The notes under the pieces are model-generated. The model saw nothing but the letters and a program-made list of their open reading frames with translations. It did not search any database and was not told the DNA's origin. From Dehalococcoidia bacterium (lineage in GTDB: Bacteria > Chloroflexota > Dehalococcoidia > UBA2979): a stretch of DNA of 64,000 nt. The DNA lies in assembly GCA_963667465.2 (NCBI GenBank), contig CAXXDN010000001.1, positions 672,001 through 736,000 on the forward strand, read 5' to 3'. Positions within the stretch are counted from its first letter, which is position 1. Each line of letters starts with the position of its first letter. The position numbers and the translations under genes were made by a program. Shown piece by piece: positions 9,136-19,023 of this stretch.

Positions 9136-10146
9136 TCAGCTGCTGCGGGGCTTTGGGCGCGGCGGTCGCCGCTTGGCGGTGGGGAAGATGTCGAGCTCGG
9201 ACTCGGGGGCGACTGCGTCGTCGAGGTGGCGGAAGGCGGCGGCGCCGATCATCGCGGCGTTGTCGGTGCAGAGCACGGGCGGGGGGATGAAGACCGGAAC
9301 CGGCGAGGCCTCGCGCACCGCCTCGCGCAGGCGGCCGTTGGCGGCGACGCCGCCAGCGACCAGCAGGCAGGCCACGCCCTCGCGCTCGGCGATCCGCGCC
9401 GCCTTGCGGGAGAGCACGTCCGCGACGGACTCCTCGAAGGCGTGGGCGACCTCGGCGGGCGGCAGGTCCGGCTCGGCGGCGACGCGCTGCGCGACGGCGG
9501 TCTTGAGGCCGGAGAAGGAGAAGTCGTCGCTGCCCGGCAGCCAGGCGCGCGGCAGCCGCAGCGAGCGCTCCTCGGCCGTCGCCGCCAACCGCGAGAGCGG
9601 CGGGCCCCCGGGGTAACCGAGGTCGAGCAGCCGCGCGACTTTGTCGAAGGCCTCGCCGGCGGCGTCGTCGCGTGTCCCGCCGAGGCGCTCGAAGCGGCCG
9701 TGGTCGAGCATCAGCAGCAGCTCTGTGTGCCCGCCGGAGACGACGAGCGCGAGCGCGGGCAGCGGGGGCTCTTCCTCGCCGAGCCAGTTGGCGCAGACGT
9801 GACCCTCCAGGTGGTCGACCGGGATCAGCGGCAGCCCGCGCGCCCAGGCGATGCCGCGCGCGGCATTGAGGCCGACAACGAGCGCGCCCGGCAGGCCTGG
9901 CCCCGCGGTGGCCGCGATCGCATCGAGGCGGTCCCAGTCGCACTCCGCCTCGGCGAGCGCCTGCCGCACCACCGGCAGCAGCGCGCGCAGGTGCTGGCGC
10001 GCCGCCACCTCGGGCACGACGCCGCCCGTTTCGGCGTGCAGCTCCTGCTGCGAAGCGACGACGCTGGAGAGCGCGCGCCGCCCATCGACGACGACCGCCG
10101 CCGCCGTCTCGTCGCAGGACGATTCGATCGCGAGCACCGTGGTCAT
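9136..10146 (-). CDS. tsaD: tRNA N6-threonylcarbamoyladenosine synthase TsaD
   Basis: IESSCDET, GGVVPEVAARQH, HLEGH, SGGHT, DDAAGEAFDKVAR, TDNAAMI. Confidence 0.97.
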   Translation of the reverse strand: MTTVLAIESSCDETAAAVVVDGRRALSSVVASQQELHAETGGVVPEVAARQHLRALLPVVRQALAEAECDWDRLDAIAATAGPGLPGALVVGLNAARGIAWARGLPLIPVDHLEGHVCANWLGEEEPPLPALALVVSGGHTELLLMLDHGRFERLGGTRDDAAGEAFDKVARLLDLGYPGGPPLSRLAATAEERSLRLPRAWLPGSDDFSFSGLKTAVAQRVAAEPDLPPAEVAHAFEESVADVLSRKAARIAEREGVACLLVAGGVAANGRLREAVREASPVPVFIPPPVLCTDNAAMIGAAAFRHLDDAVAPESELDIFPTAKRRPPRPKPRSS

Positions 10147-10187
10147 GCGCTACAGGATATCGCGCCGACCGCTACGGTCCCGCCGCG

Positions 10188-12227
10188 TCACTCCGCCTCC
10201 GGCTCCGGCTCCAGCTCCGCGGCGGGATCGAAGGCCTCGATGCTTGTGCCGGTCAGGATGTAGATCGTGCCGCCGTCCGGGGAGAGCGCGAGCGCGCGGA
10301 TGTCGAGGAGGGCGGGGTGCACGAACTGGCGCAGGAACGCACCGTCGTCGCCGCTGGCGACGATGCGGCGGTTGCCGCGGTCGGCGACGTACAGCACGCC
10401 CTCGGCTGAGTCGCGCGCGATGCCTGCCGGCGTGTTCAGCGGCCGGTCGATGCCTTCGAGCAGCGGGCCCAGCTGCCTGCCGAGGCGGAAGCGGCGCGCC
10501 ATGTCGCCGACCAGCACGTGGAGATCGCCATCGACGATCAGCCGCAGCGCGCCCTCGTGCGGCGCGCCGCCCGTCGCCACTACGCCGGGCAGCGTTCCGC
10601 CGATCAGGCCGGTGCGCTCCGTGTCGAAGCCGTCGTCGATCGGGCGGTAGCGCCAGATCTCGGCGCCGAGCGTATCGAGGATGTAGAGGTTGCCCTCGTA
10701 CGCGTCGATCGCGTCGATCGCGCCCAGTTCGTCGGCGTCGCGCAGCGGCAGGGGGGCGGGTATCTCTCCGGGCACGAGCGCGAACAGCCTGCGCGACTCG
10801 TCGATCAGCAGCAGCCGGGAGGCCGCGGCGTCCCAGGCGATGACGCTCGGTCGCGAGGCGATCACGGTGCCGTAGCGCACGCCCGCGCGGTACGCCTCGA
10901 CCGCCGGCTCGCGCCCCGCGGGATCGATCGCGAAGGCACGCCCGCGATCGCCGTCGATCAGCCACAGCCAGTCCCCGCCGTAGACGAGGTTGACCGGACT
11001 GAGGGGCGCGGTCAGCGAGCCGGCGAACGGCAGGATGCGCCGCAGATCGGCGATCTCGACGACGCCGTTGATGTCGTCCAGTTGCTGCTGCACCCCGCCC
11101 TGGAGTTCGTCGATGCGCGGATCGTCGATGCCGACGGCGCGCGCCTGCTCAAGCTCGGCAAGCGCCGCCCGCAGTTGCTGGCGTTGCCACGCGATGTCCT
11201 CGTTCTCCGCGGCTGCGCCGAGGAAGGCGTTGGCGGCGGTAAGCCGCTCTTCGACCTCGGCCTGCGGATCGCCCTCGAGCAGCGGCGGCAGGTAGTAGGC
11301 GCCAGCCGCGGCGATCAGCGCGGTGAGCAGCAGCAGCCCTGCGATCAGCCAGCGCCGCCGGTTGCGTGGCGCGCCTGCCGAGCGGGGGCGGCGCAGGCCC
11401 GGCAAGCGCCGTCCGGACGGCGGCTGCGGAGCCGGCGAGGTGATGATCGGCGCCGGAGGTTCGCGGACGGCTGCTTCCCGCTCATCCGCGGGGCGCTCAC
11501 CGTCGGGGAAATCGATCTCCACCGGGGCGGGCTCGGCCGCGGCGTCGGACACATCGGCGATCAGCACCGCCGTCATGTCGTCCACCTGTCGGGTGAGGCG
11601 GAAAATCTCGGCGAGGGCGCGGTCCGGCTCGCTTCCCAGCGCCTGACCAATCGCCGCGGACCCGGCCGCGTCCTCGGCGGCGCTGCCGAGGATCAGGATC
11701 CGGGTCTGCTTGAGCGGGACGCCTGTGAACAGCGGCTCCAGCCGCTCGGCGCCGCCGAGGGGCTGAGCAGCGTCATCGCCCTCGGAGCTGATGCGGCGCA
11801 CGCCGTCGGGAGCGGCGACGTAGACGACGCCGGGGCCCGCCAGCGCGACCGTCGCGCTATCGCCGTGCACCGCCAGGCAGGTGACGCCGATCGAGACGCG
11901 GTGCTCGTGCAGCGAGCGGCTGTTCCACTCGGCCAGGTTGCGATTCGCCTGGCGCAGCGCGCGCAGCAGCCCGCCGGTGAGCGAGAGCGACTCGGCAGCG
12001 AAGAGGTCGGCGACGGCGCCCGCGACCTCCTGGCAGAAGCCGGCGGAGCGCTCGTCGGCGGGGTCGGCGAGGACAAAGAGGTGGACGCGCTCCTCGTCGC
12101 TGAAGCGCAGTTGCTCGGCGAGCCACGGCCCGTCCTCGCGAACCTCGCCGCCGACGATGGCGTAACGCCCGACCCAGGTGCTCATGTGGCCCGATCCGCT
12201 GGCCTGATTCGTGGGGAGGTTGCTCAA
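10188..12227 (-). CDS. Membrane-anchored protein: degenerate PP2C-like N-terminus, single TM, C-terminal NHL-like beta-propeller (alternative start 12185)
   Basis: DDMTAVLI is PP2C-like; hydrophobic WLIAGLLLLTALIAAAG; LYILD and LYVADRGNRRIV are blade-like motifs. Confidence 0.6.
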   Translation of the reverse strand: MSNLPTNQASGSGHMSTWVGRYAIVGGEVREDGPWLAEQLRFSDEERVHLFVLADPADERSAGFCQEVAGAVADLFAAESLSLTGGLLRALRQANRNLAEWNSRSLHEHRVSIGVTCLAVHGDSATVALAGPGVVYVAAPDGVRRISSEGDDAAQPLGGAERLEPLFTGVPLKQTRILILGSAAEDAAGSAAIGQALGSEPDRALAEIFRLTRQVDDMTAVLIADVSDAAAEPAPVEIDFPDGERPADEREAAVREPPAPIITSPAPQPPSGRRLPGLRRPRSAGAPRNRRRWLIAGLLLLTALIAAAGAYYLPPLLEGDPQAEVEERLTAANAFLGAAAENEDIAWQRQQLRAALAELEQARAVGIDDPRIDELQGGVQQQLDDINGVVEIADLRRILPFAGSLTAPLSPVNLVYGGDWLWLIDGDRGRAFAIDPAGREPAVEAYRAGVRYGTVIASRPSVIAWDAAASRLLLIDESRRLFALVPGEIPAPLPLRDADELGAIDAIDAYEGNLYILDTLGAEIWRYRPIDDGFDTERTGLIGGTLPGVVATGGAPHEGALRLIVDGDLHVLVGDMARRFRLGRQLGPLLEGIDRPLNTPAGIARDSAEGVLYVADRGNRRIVASGDDGAFLRQFVHPALLDIRALALSPDGGTIYILTGTSIEAFDPAAELEPEPEAE

Positions 12228-12323
12228 ATTCGGCGCGCACGCCGACGGGGCGCCGATCGTGGCGCCCCGCCGTAACCATCATACCAGCGAGCGGAAGGCG
12301 AGCGAGGGAAGGCGCGGAGCAGC

Positions 12324-13586
12324 TCAGTTCTCGAAGCGGCGCAGGATCAGCACGGCGTTCTGGCCGCCGAAGCCGAATGAGTTCTTGGCGACGGTACGCA
12401 CGTCCGCGCTGCGCGGCTGGAGCGGGACGTAGTCGAGGTCGCACTCGGGGTCCGGGTGCTCCAGGTTGATGGTCGGGGCGATGGTCGAGGTGCGCAGTGT
12501 CTGGATTGCAGCGATCGTCTCGACGCCGCCGGCGGCCCCCAGCAAGTGGCCGATCTGGGACTTGAAGGCGGTCACGGGAATGCCGTACGCGTCCTCGCCG
12601 AACGCCGAGCGGATCGCTCGCGTCTCGGCGATGTCGCCGACCTCGGTCGCCGTGGCGTGCGCGGAGATGTAGTCGATTTCGCCCGGGGCGACGCCAGCGT
12701 CCTCGAGGGCGAGCTGGATCGCGCGCGCCGCGCCGGCGCCGTCCTCGGGGGGTGCGACCAGGAAGGTCGCGTCGGCGCTGACGCCGTAGCCGATCAGCTC
12801 GGCAAGCGGCTCGGCGCCGCGTCCGCGGGCGTGGTCGAGTTCCTCGAGCACCAGCAGCCCCGCACCTTCGGAGGGGGCGAAGCCGTCGCGGTCGCGGTCG
12901 AAGGGGCGCGACGACTCGCCCGGGCGGTCGTTGTAGGAAGTGGTGAGGGCGCGCATCGCGCAGAATCCGGCGAGTCCCAGTTCGGAGATGCCCGCCTCCG
13001 CGCCCCCGGCCAGCATCACGTCGGCGTGGCCGCGGCGGATCACCTCGCTGGCGTCGCCGATCGCTTGCGTGGCGGCGGCGCAGGCGGTGGTCACCGTGTT
13101 CGTGTAACCGCGCAGGCCGAGCTGGATGCTGAGGTTCCCCGCCGCCATGTTCGGCAACATCTTCGCCATGTAGAGCGGATCCACGCGGTGTCCGCCGCGG
13201 TTGAGGATCGTGCGCATCGCCTGGTCGGCGTGCGGCAGGCTACCGTTGCCGGTGCCGAGCACGGCTCCCGCCCGGTTGTCGTCAATCGCCTCGAGGTCCA
13301 GCCGCGCGGCGGCGATTGCCTGCTTGCCGGCGGCGATCGCGAACTGCGAGAAGCGCGCCATGCGGCGCGCGTCTTTGCGGTCCATCCACTCGTTGGGCTC
13401 GAAGTCGTGGACCTGGCCGGCGACCTTGCAGGGGTAGTCGCTGGGGTCGATCGCCGTCAGCGCGGTGATGCCGGACTCGCCGTTGAGCGCGCGCTCCCAC
13501 AGCTCGTCGACGCTGTTGCCGAGGGGAGAGATCACGCCCATGCCGGTGACAACGACACGGCGATCCCTGCCATTGCGTTGCATCAT
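12324..13586 (-). CDS. fabF: 3-oxoacyl-ACP synthase II
   Basis: RRVVVTGMG, TACAAA (Cys), AHATAT, GHLLGAAG, NSFGFGGQN. Confidence 0.96.
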   Translation of the reverse strand: MMQRNGRDRRVVVTGMGVISPLGNSVDELWERALNGESGITALTAIDPSDYPCKVAGQVHDFEPNEWMDRKDARRMARFSQFAIAAGKQAIAAARLDLEAIDDNRAGAVLGTGNGSLPHADQAMRTILNRGGHRVDPLYMAKMLPNMAAGNLSIQLGLRGYTNTVTTACAAATQAIGDASEVIRRGHADVMLAGGAEAGISELGLAGFCAMRALTTSYNDRPGESSRPFDRDRDGFAPSEGAGLLVLEELDHARGRGAEPLAELIGYGVSADATFLVAPPEDGAGAARAIQLALEDAGVAPGEIDYISAHATATEVGDIAETRAIRSAFGEDAYGIPVTAFKSQIGHLLGAAGGVETIAAIQTLRTSTIAPTINLEHPDPECDLDYVPLQPRSADVRTVAKNSFGFGGQNAVLILRRFEN

Positions 13587-13622
13587 CCGGCCTCCAGCGG
13601 TGTCTCCATCGCTGGCGCTAGT

Positions 13623-14999
13623 TTAGCGCAGGCCGAGCGCGCGATCCCCGCTTACGCCCAGCAGCAGCTCCCGCGCCTCGGAGACCGTGTAGAGGCTGCC
13701 GATGACGAAGACGGCGCCCCCCTCGCCGGCCAGCGCGCGCGCCAGATCGAGGGCGGCCGTGACGTTCGGCTGCTGCTGCACCACCGCGCCCGCCTCGGCG
13801 AAGGCGGCGGCGACCTGCGAGGGGTCGGCCGCCCGCTCCGAGGACGGCGGGGCGATGATCACGGTCTCGTTTCCCGCGAGCAGCGGCGCGGCCAGCAGCG
13901 GGACGTCGCGGCCGGCCAGCAGGCCGACCACGAGGACGTGGGGTTGGGGTAGCGGGAGCTGCTGCACGGTCTCCCGGAAGCGCTCCGCCGCGAGCGGCGT
14001 GTGCAGCGCGTCCAGCACCACCAGTGGGCGCAGGCGCAGCACCTCGAAGCGCCCGCCCCAGCGGACCGAGGCAAGACCGTCGCGCACGGCCGCCTCAGGC
14101 AGCTCCCCGCCCGCTGCCTCCCAGGCGAGCTCCGCCGCGCGCACGGCGGTCGCCGCGTTCTCCGCCTGGTGGCGGCCGATCAGCGGCAGTCGCAGTCGCC
14201 GGTAGGTGCGCAGCGGCGTGCGCAGGTCCAGCTGTTGCCCGTCGAGGCCCTGCGAGGTCACCCGCAGCGCGCACTCGTCCGCCACCTCGTGCAGCGTTGC
14301 CCCGACCTCGGAGGCGCGGGAGCGCACCACGTCGAGCGCGCGATCGCGCAGCGGCGCGGCGACGGCCGCGCCCGGCGCGCGGATGATCGCCGCCTTCTCC
14401 GCCGCAATCTGCTCGATCGTGTCGCCGAGGATCGCCGTGTGCTCCAGGTCGATCGGCGTGACGACCGCGGCCTCCTTTGCGGCGTCGACGACGTTCGTCG
14501 TGTCGAGCCGCCCGCCGAGGCCGACCTCGAGCACCTGCCAGTCGCAGCCGGCCTCGGCGCCCGCGAGCCAGCCGAGCACGGTCAGCAGCTCGAAGTAGGA
14601 CCAGCCCTCGGTCGCCGCGTCGTCCAGCAGCGCCCCCGCGAGGCGGGCGAAGGCGGCGTGGCCGAGCGGTTCGCCGTCGATGCGCACGCGCTCGCGCGCC
14701 TGGTGCAGGTCGGGCGAGGTGAGCAGCAAGGTGTGTGCGCCGGCGGCGCGCAACTGCGCCTCGACCAGCGCCGCGGTCGAGCCTTTGCCCTTGGAGCCGG
14801 CGATGTGGACGGTGCGGCGGCGGTCCGGCCGGCCGGCCGCTTCGAGGAACGCCTCGATGTGGCTGATGCGAAAGCGCTTCGCCTCGCGCGGGTCGCCGCT
14901 GCGCTCGTAGCCGCCGCGCGCGAGCAGGCCGCGCACAGCCTCGGCGTAGGCGGCGAGGGTCGCCTGGTCCGGGAGGTCGCCGGGGCTGGTCGTGCTCAT
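13623..14999 (-). CDS. folC: Folylpolyglutamate synthase/dihydrofolate synthase
   Basis: HIAGSKGKGST, EVGLGGRLDTTN, LEHTAILGDT..IAAEKA. Confidence 0.93.
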   Translation of the reverse strand: MSTTSPGDLPDQATLAAYAEAVRGLLARGGYERSGDPREAKRFRISHIEAFLEAAGRPDRRRTVHIAGSKGKGSTAALVEAQLRAAGAHTLLLTSPDLHQARERVRIDGEPLGHAAFARLAGALLDDAATEGWSYFELLTVLGWLAGAEAGCDWQVLEVGLGGRLDTTNVVDAAKEAAVVTPIDLEHTAILGDTIEQIAAEKAAIIRAPGAAVAAPLRDRALDVVRSRASEVGATLHEVADECALRVTSQGLDGQQLDLRTPLRTYRRLRLPLIGRHQAENAATAVRAAELAWEAAGGELPEAAVRDGLASVRWGGRFEVLRLRPLVVLDALHTPLAAERFRETVQQLPLPQPHVLVVGLLAGRDVPLLAAPLLAGNETVIIAPPSSERAADPSQVAAAFAEAGAVVQQQPNVTAALDLARALAGEGGAVFVIGSLYTVSEARELLLGVSGDRALGLR

Positions 15000-15060
15000 C
15001 GCTGCGAGGATAGCCCGCGGCCCGCTTGCGGCGAGCCGATCTTCTCAGGTGGACACAGAA

Positions 15061-15100
15061 TATGGTAGCGTGTGCTCACGAACTACTTGTTTCGTGACCA
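15061..15100 (+). promoter_or_regulatory. Putative TA promoter (-10 TATGGT) and inverted-repeat operator
   Basis: TCACGAA (15076-15082) / TTCGTGA (15091-15097) just upstream of the antitoxin. Confidence 0.55.
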
Positions 15101-15116
15101 CGGAAAGCGATGCGTG

Positions 15117-15395
15117 ATGACTACCTACAGTGTCAGGGAGTTCAGGGCCCGGATCAGCGAGATTCTCCGGAGCGTGGAGGAAGGCGAGGAAGTGATCATT
15201 ACTCGTCGCGGGAAGCCCTGCGGCAAGGTCACACCCGTTCCGCCCTCGCCGGAGGACAAGCCATCACTCCGAACGCTGCGCGGTGCCTACGCCGACGTGC
15301 TCCCCGACGCGACCTACCAGGACTTCCTGGACATCAAGTCGATCTGGGAGCCCCGCATGCCGCCCGGCGAGGAGGATCACGACCGTGCTGGATAG
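15117..15395 (+). CDS. Phd/YefM family antitoxin
   Basis: SVREFRARISEILRSVEEGEEVIITRRGKP. Confidence 0.9.
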   Translation: MTTYSVREFRARISEILRSVEEGEEVIITRRGKPCGKVTPVPPSPEDKPSLRTLRGAYADVLPDATYQDFLDIKSIWEPRMPPGEEDHDRAG

Positions 15396-15789
15396 CCCGG
15401 CCCGGTTTGTGGCAGATACCCATGCCCTTTGGTGGTACCTGACGACCCCCGAGCGGTTGAGTGCAGCCGTATCCGCCGTTTTCAGGCTGGTCGAGACCGG
15501 CAGCGCCACCCTCATCGTTCCCGCTATCGTGGTGGCCGAGCTGTACTATGTGTCCGTCAAGTTGCGGCGACCGTGGGCGCCGTCCGCGCTGTTGGATACG
15601 TTGGCCTCGGTCGGCGGTATCGAACTGTCCGACCTCGGCCGAGCGCAGCTCGACTGGCTCGATCGGCTCCCAGAGGTTCCTGAGATGCATGACCGCCTCA
15701 TCGCGGCCGAAGCGATGGTGCGCCAGGCGCCCGTGGTGACGCGTGACGCGGTGCTGTCTGATTCGCCTCAGATCGAGACGATCTGGTAG
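15385..15789 (+). CDS. PIN-domain (VapC) toxin
   Basis: VADTHALWWY...ELYY...MHDRLIAA...VTRD; GAGGAG RBS; overlaps the antitoxin. Confidence 0.9.
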   Translation: MLDSPARFVADTHALWWYLTTPERLSAAVSAVFRLVETGSATLIVPAIVVAELYYVSVKLRRPWAPSALLDTLASVGGIELSDLGRAQLDWLDRLPEVPEMHDRLIAAEAMVRQAPVVTRDAVLSDSPQIETIW

Positions 15790-15855
15790 CCGACGGGAGG
15801 TCGGGCGGACTGCATCGCTCGCCCGACTCCAACCGCCCGTGCTAGCGTCCGGGCC

Positions 15856-16572
15856 ATGACGGCAACAGCGCGAGGCGGCTCCGACGACGGGCGCTGGCAG
15901 CCCGCATCCGAGCGCCCCGATCACCCGCTCGCTGCCATCGACGGCGCCTCGCTCGGCGGGGGACTGCGGCTGCGCGTCCTGCTTGGTCCGCGCAGCGCCG
16001 TCGGCTCGGCCTACTTCCGCTGCATGCTCGACGGGCCCGAGGGGCCGGCGGCTGCGCCGGTGATCTTCGGCCTGCACAACTCCGGACCGTTCCCGGGCTT
16101 CAACTGGGTTGAGGTGCTGGACTACACGAACGCTCCGCCGCTTGCGGGTGGGGGCGTGCAGCCGGTCTCGCCCGATGTCGAGCGCGCGTTGTTCGGGCAG
16201 CTCGCCGGGTTAGTCCCGACGGGCGGGCACCTGATGGCGGAGTACGACTCGCGCCCGCGGACCAGCACCGCGCGCGCGCTGGCGGCGGGCGTGCCGCCCG
16301 TTGCGACGCCGCTCGGCGCGCTGCTCTTCGACCTCGGCTGCGGGGTCGCCTTCCGTGACTGGTACATCTCCGAGGGCGGCCGCGAAGGCCCGCGCAAACT
16401 GCAGGGCTTCCGCGCTGCGAACGAGGAGCACGCGCGCACGCGCGGCCTCGAGACGATCGCCGCGCTGGACTCCTTCCTCGATCGCTCGCGCGTCGCCGAG
16501 GATCTGCGCGCGCTGACGGAGCCGCTCGCGCGCCGCGTGCGCGACGAGCTGCGCGAGCGCTACGGCGGGTGA
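15856..16572 (+). CDS. DUF1122-like protein
   Basis: GGHLMAEY...ATPLG...FRDWYISEGGREGPRKLQG resembles the DUF1122 signature as I recall it. Confidence 0.7.
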   Translation: MTATARGGSDDGRWQPASERPDHPLAAIDGASLGGGLRLRVLLGPRSAVGSAYFRCMLDGPEGPAAAPVIFGLHNSGPFPGFNWVEVLDYTNAPPLAGGGVQPVSPDVERALFGQLAGLVPTGGHLMAEYDSRPRTSTARALAAGVPPVATPLGALLFDLGCGVAFRDWYISEGGREGPRKLQGFRAANEEHARTRGLETIAALDSFLDRSRVAEDLRALTEPLARRVRDELRERYGG

Positions 16573-16614
16573 CGCCGCCGGGGGCGCCCTCCTCGATGCG
16601 AAGGGTCGGGCGGC

Positions 16615-16947
16615 TCAGGTGCCGGGCGCGATCCAGTTCGCGCGTGGGAGGATCGCCACCACGAGGAGCGCGGCGCCGACGCCGGCACCACCCCACCAGA
16701 AGAGAACGTACGCCGCCGCGCAGCCGGTAATCGCGAGCGCAAGCCTGAGGCGTGGCCCGGGCGGATCGGGCGGCGCGAGCCGTACGGCAATCACAGCCCA
16801 CGGGATGATGACGAGCCAGTAGCTGATGGCGAAGTAGACCAGGACGGCGCCGGCGGCGTCCCAGAACTCCGGGTGGCGCCAGAAGGCGACCGCCAGCGCG
16901 GCCGCCGGAGGTCCGAGGAACAGGCCGGACGCCCGTAGCAGCTTCAA
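16615..16947 (-). CDS. Small hypothetical membrane protein
   Basis: 3-4 hydrophobic segments; fills the gap between genes. Confidence 0.55.
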   Translation of the reverse strand: MKLLRASGLFLGPPAAALAVAFWRHPEFWDAAGAVLVYFAISYWLVIIPWAVIAVRLAPPDPPGPRLRLALAITGCAAAYVLFWWGGAGVGAALLVVAILPRANWIAPGT

Positions 16948-17161
16948 GGGGTCGCCTCCCTCGGCGCTGGCCTTCGAGGCCAGCTTGCAGGATACGGCGC
17001 GTGGCGGAGCACGGCGGTGGACCGCGCCGGGGCGTGTCCTGTCCGTCGTGTAGAATCGGGGAAACGACGGAGCGTCGCAGTGTCACGCGGCGCGTCACAC
17101 CCAACCGAGGCCGGGCGGCACAGCAGGATTCGCCCGCACGAGCGAGACGAAGGATGGCGTC

Positions 17162-18259
17162 ATGCCCCAAACCCTCAGCGTGATCAAGGCGGATGTCGGC
17201 GGCTACGTTGGCCACTCCGCGATGCACCCGGAACTGCTCGACGCGGGCCGCGAGTCGCTCGCCCAGGCCGTGCAGTCGGGGCTGCTGATCGACGCCCAGG
17301 CTCACGCCTGCGGCGACGACCTGTTCCTCGTGATGTCGCACGACCGCGGCGAGGACGACGAGGCGATCCACCGCCTCGCCTGGGACACCTTCCAGACGGG
17401 CACGGAGGTGGCGCAGAAGCTGCACCTCTACGGCGCGGGACAGGACATCCTCGTCGACGCCTTCTCCGGCAACATCCGCGGCGCGGGCCCCGGCTCGGCC
17501 GAACTGGAGCTCGAGGAGCGCCCGTCCGAGCCGGTGATCGTGTTCATGGGCGACAAGACCTCGGCGGGCTCGTTCAACCTGCCGTTCTTCAAGATGTTCG
17601 CCGACCCCTTCAACACCGCCGGCCTGGTCATCGCCGAGCCGCTGCATCAGGGCTTCTCCTTCGAGGTCCACGACGTCAAGGAGCACACCCGCATCTACCT
17701 CGACTGCCCGGACGAGATGTACGACCTGCTGGTCTTCATCGGATCGCCGGCGCACTTTGCCGTGAAGCGCGTGCGCAGCCGCAGCACCGGCGAGGTCGCG
17801 GCCGTCTCCTCGACCGACAAGCTCTCGCTGATCGCCGGCCGCTACGTTGGCAAGGACGACCCGACGGCGATCGTGCGCTGCCAGGGGGCCTTCCCCGCCG
17901 TCGGCGAGGTGATCGAGCCGTTCACGACTGCCTGGACCGTCGAGGGCTTCATGCGAGGCTCGCACTACGGGCCGTGGATGCCGACCTCGGTCGAGGACGC
18001 GCACCCGGCGCGTTTCGACGGCCCGCCGCGGATCATCGCGCTCGGCTTCCAGCTCGCGGAGGGCATGCTTGTCGGACCGCGCGACCTGTTCGACGACCCC
18101 TCATACGACAACGCTCGCGCCGAGGCGAACAACGTCAGCGACTACCTGCGCAAGCACGGCCCGTTCGAGCCGCATCGCCTGCCCCTCGACGAGATGGAGT
18201 ACACGACGATGCCGGCCGTCGCCGCCACGATGAAGGACCGCTGGGAGGCCATCGAGTAG
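17162..18259 (+). CDS. fbp: Fructose-1,6-bisphosphate aldolase/phosphatase (class V FBPase)
   Basis: SVIKADVGG..GH, GDD, LYGAGQD, DKT, ADPFNTAGLV, YVGKDDP (Schiff-base Lys), MRGSH, EMEYT. Confidence 0.96.
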   Translation: MPQTLSVIKADVGGYVGHSAMHPELLDAGRESLAQAVQSGLLIDAQAHACGDDLFLVMSHDRGEDDEAIHRLAWDTFQTGTEVAQKLHLYGAGQDILVDAFSGNIRGAGPGSAELELEERPSEPVIVFMGDKTSAGSFNLPFFKMFADPFNTAGLVIAEPLHQGFSFEVHDVKEHTRIYLDCPDEMYDLLVFIGSPAHFAVKRVRSRSTGEVAAVSSTDKLSLIAGRYVGKDDPTAIVRCQGAFPAVGEVIEPFTTAWTVEGFMRGSHYGPWMPTSVEDAHPARFDGPPRIIALGFQLAEGMLVGPRDLFDDPSYDNARAEANNVSDYLRKHGPFEPHRLPLDEMEYTTMPAVAATMKDRWEAIE

Positions 18260-18294
18260 GGGCGGGAAGCCCGGCCGCACGGGAGCGCCGTCCG

Positions 18295-18567
18295 ATGCAG
18301 CTGTTCGTCGACGCCGACGAGGCCTACCTCGTGTGGACGCGCTGGCAGCCCGAGGGCTACGTGCTCAACGTCGGGCGCACCCCGCAGCCCTCGACGCCCC
18401 TCTTGCTGCATCTCGCCGTCTGCGAGCTGATCGCCGAGCCGGGCCAGCGCTACACCACGGGGGAGTCCATCAAGATCTGCTCCCTCGACCGCCAGGAGTT
18501 GATCGAATGGGCCGAACGCGAAGAGGTGGACGGCGAATTGAGCACGGACTGCCATTGCCTGTCCTGA
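18295..18567 (+). CDS. Small hypothetical protein with Cys/His pattern (possible Zn-binding)
   Basis: GGGAG RBS; GYVLN...LH.A.C...KICS...C.C. Confidence 0.7.
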   Translation: MQLFVDADEAYLVWTRWQPEGYVLNVGRTPQPSTPLLLHLAVCELIAEPGQRYTTGESIKICSLDRQELIEWAEREEVDGELSTDCHCLS

Positions 18568-18595
18568 GGCGACGCGAGCTCCACGCGGACGGACG

Positions 18596-19015
18596 ATGAG
18601 CGGACAGGCTGCGGGCGGCGGGACGCTGCGCTTCCGCGCGCACGCCGACGCGATCGTGGAGCAGGCCGCACGCGAGTACCGTGAGCTGCTGCGCGAGATC
18701 GCCGCCTCGTTCGACCCGTTTCCGGAGTACCCCGGCTCGTTCTTCTCCTACGGCATCGAGGTCGAGCCGCCGCCCGGCGGCCAGGGCGAGGACGCCCCCG
18801 GCTGCGTCGTGCTTGGCGAGGACGGCGGGCTCTACGAGCTGCGCATCGGCTTCGAGGCGGACCAGCTCGACACCGACGATCCGGCGACGACTCGCTCCGA
18901 GCTGCGTGTGCCCCTCGAGGAGTTGAGCTCGGCCGAGTACGTCGCCTACGCCGGCCGCGCCGCCGAGGCCGCGCTGGCGCTGCTGGAGCAGGGCGCAGCG
19001 GGCGGTGAGCGGTAG
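18596..19015 (+). CDS. Hypothetical protein
   Basis: 139-aa ORF with host-like codon usage, co-oriented with its neighbours. Confidence 0.7.
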   Translation: MSGQAAGGGTLRFRAHADAIVEQAAREYRELLREIAASFDPFPEYPGSFFSYGIEVEPPPGGQGEDAPGCVVLGEDGGLYELRIGFEADQLDTDDPATTRSELRVPLEELSSAEYVAYAGRAAEAALALLEQGAAGGER

Positions 19016-19023
19016 CGGCCCGG

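Noticed and set aside
18565-18567. TGA after DCHCLS as a second selenocysteine codon
   Set aside because: No convincing downstream hairpin or continued domain, and the next gene starts 28 nt later.
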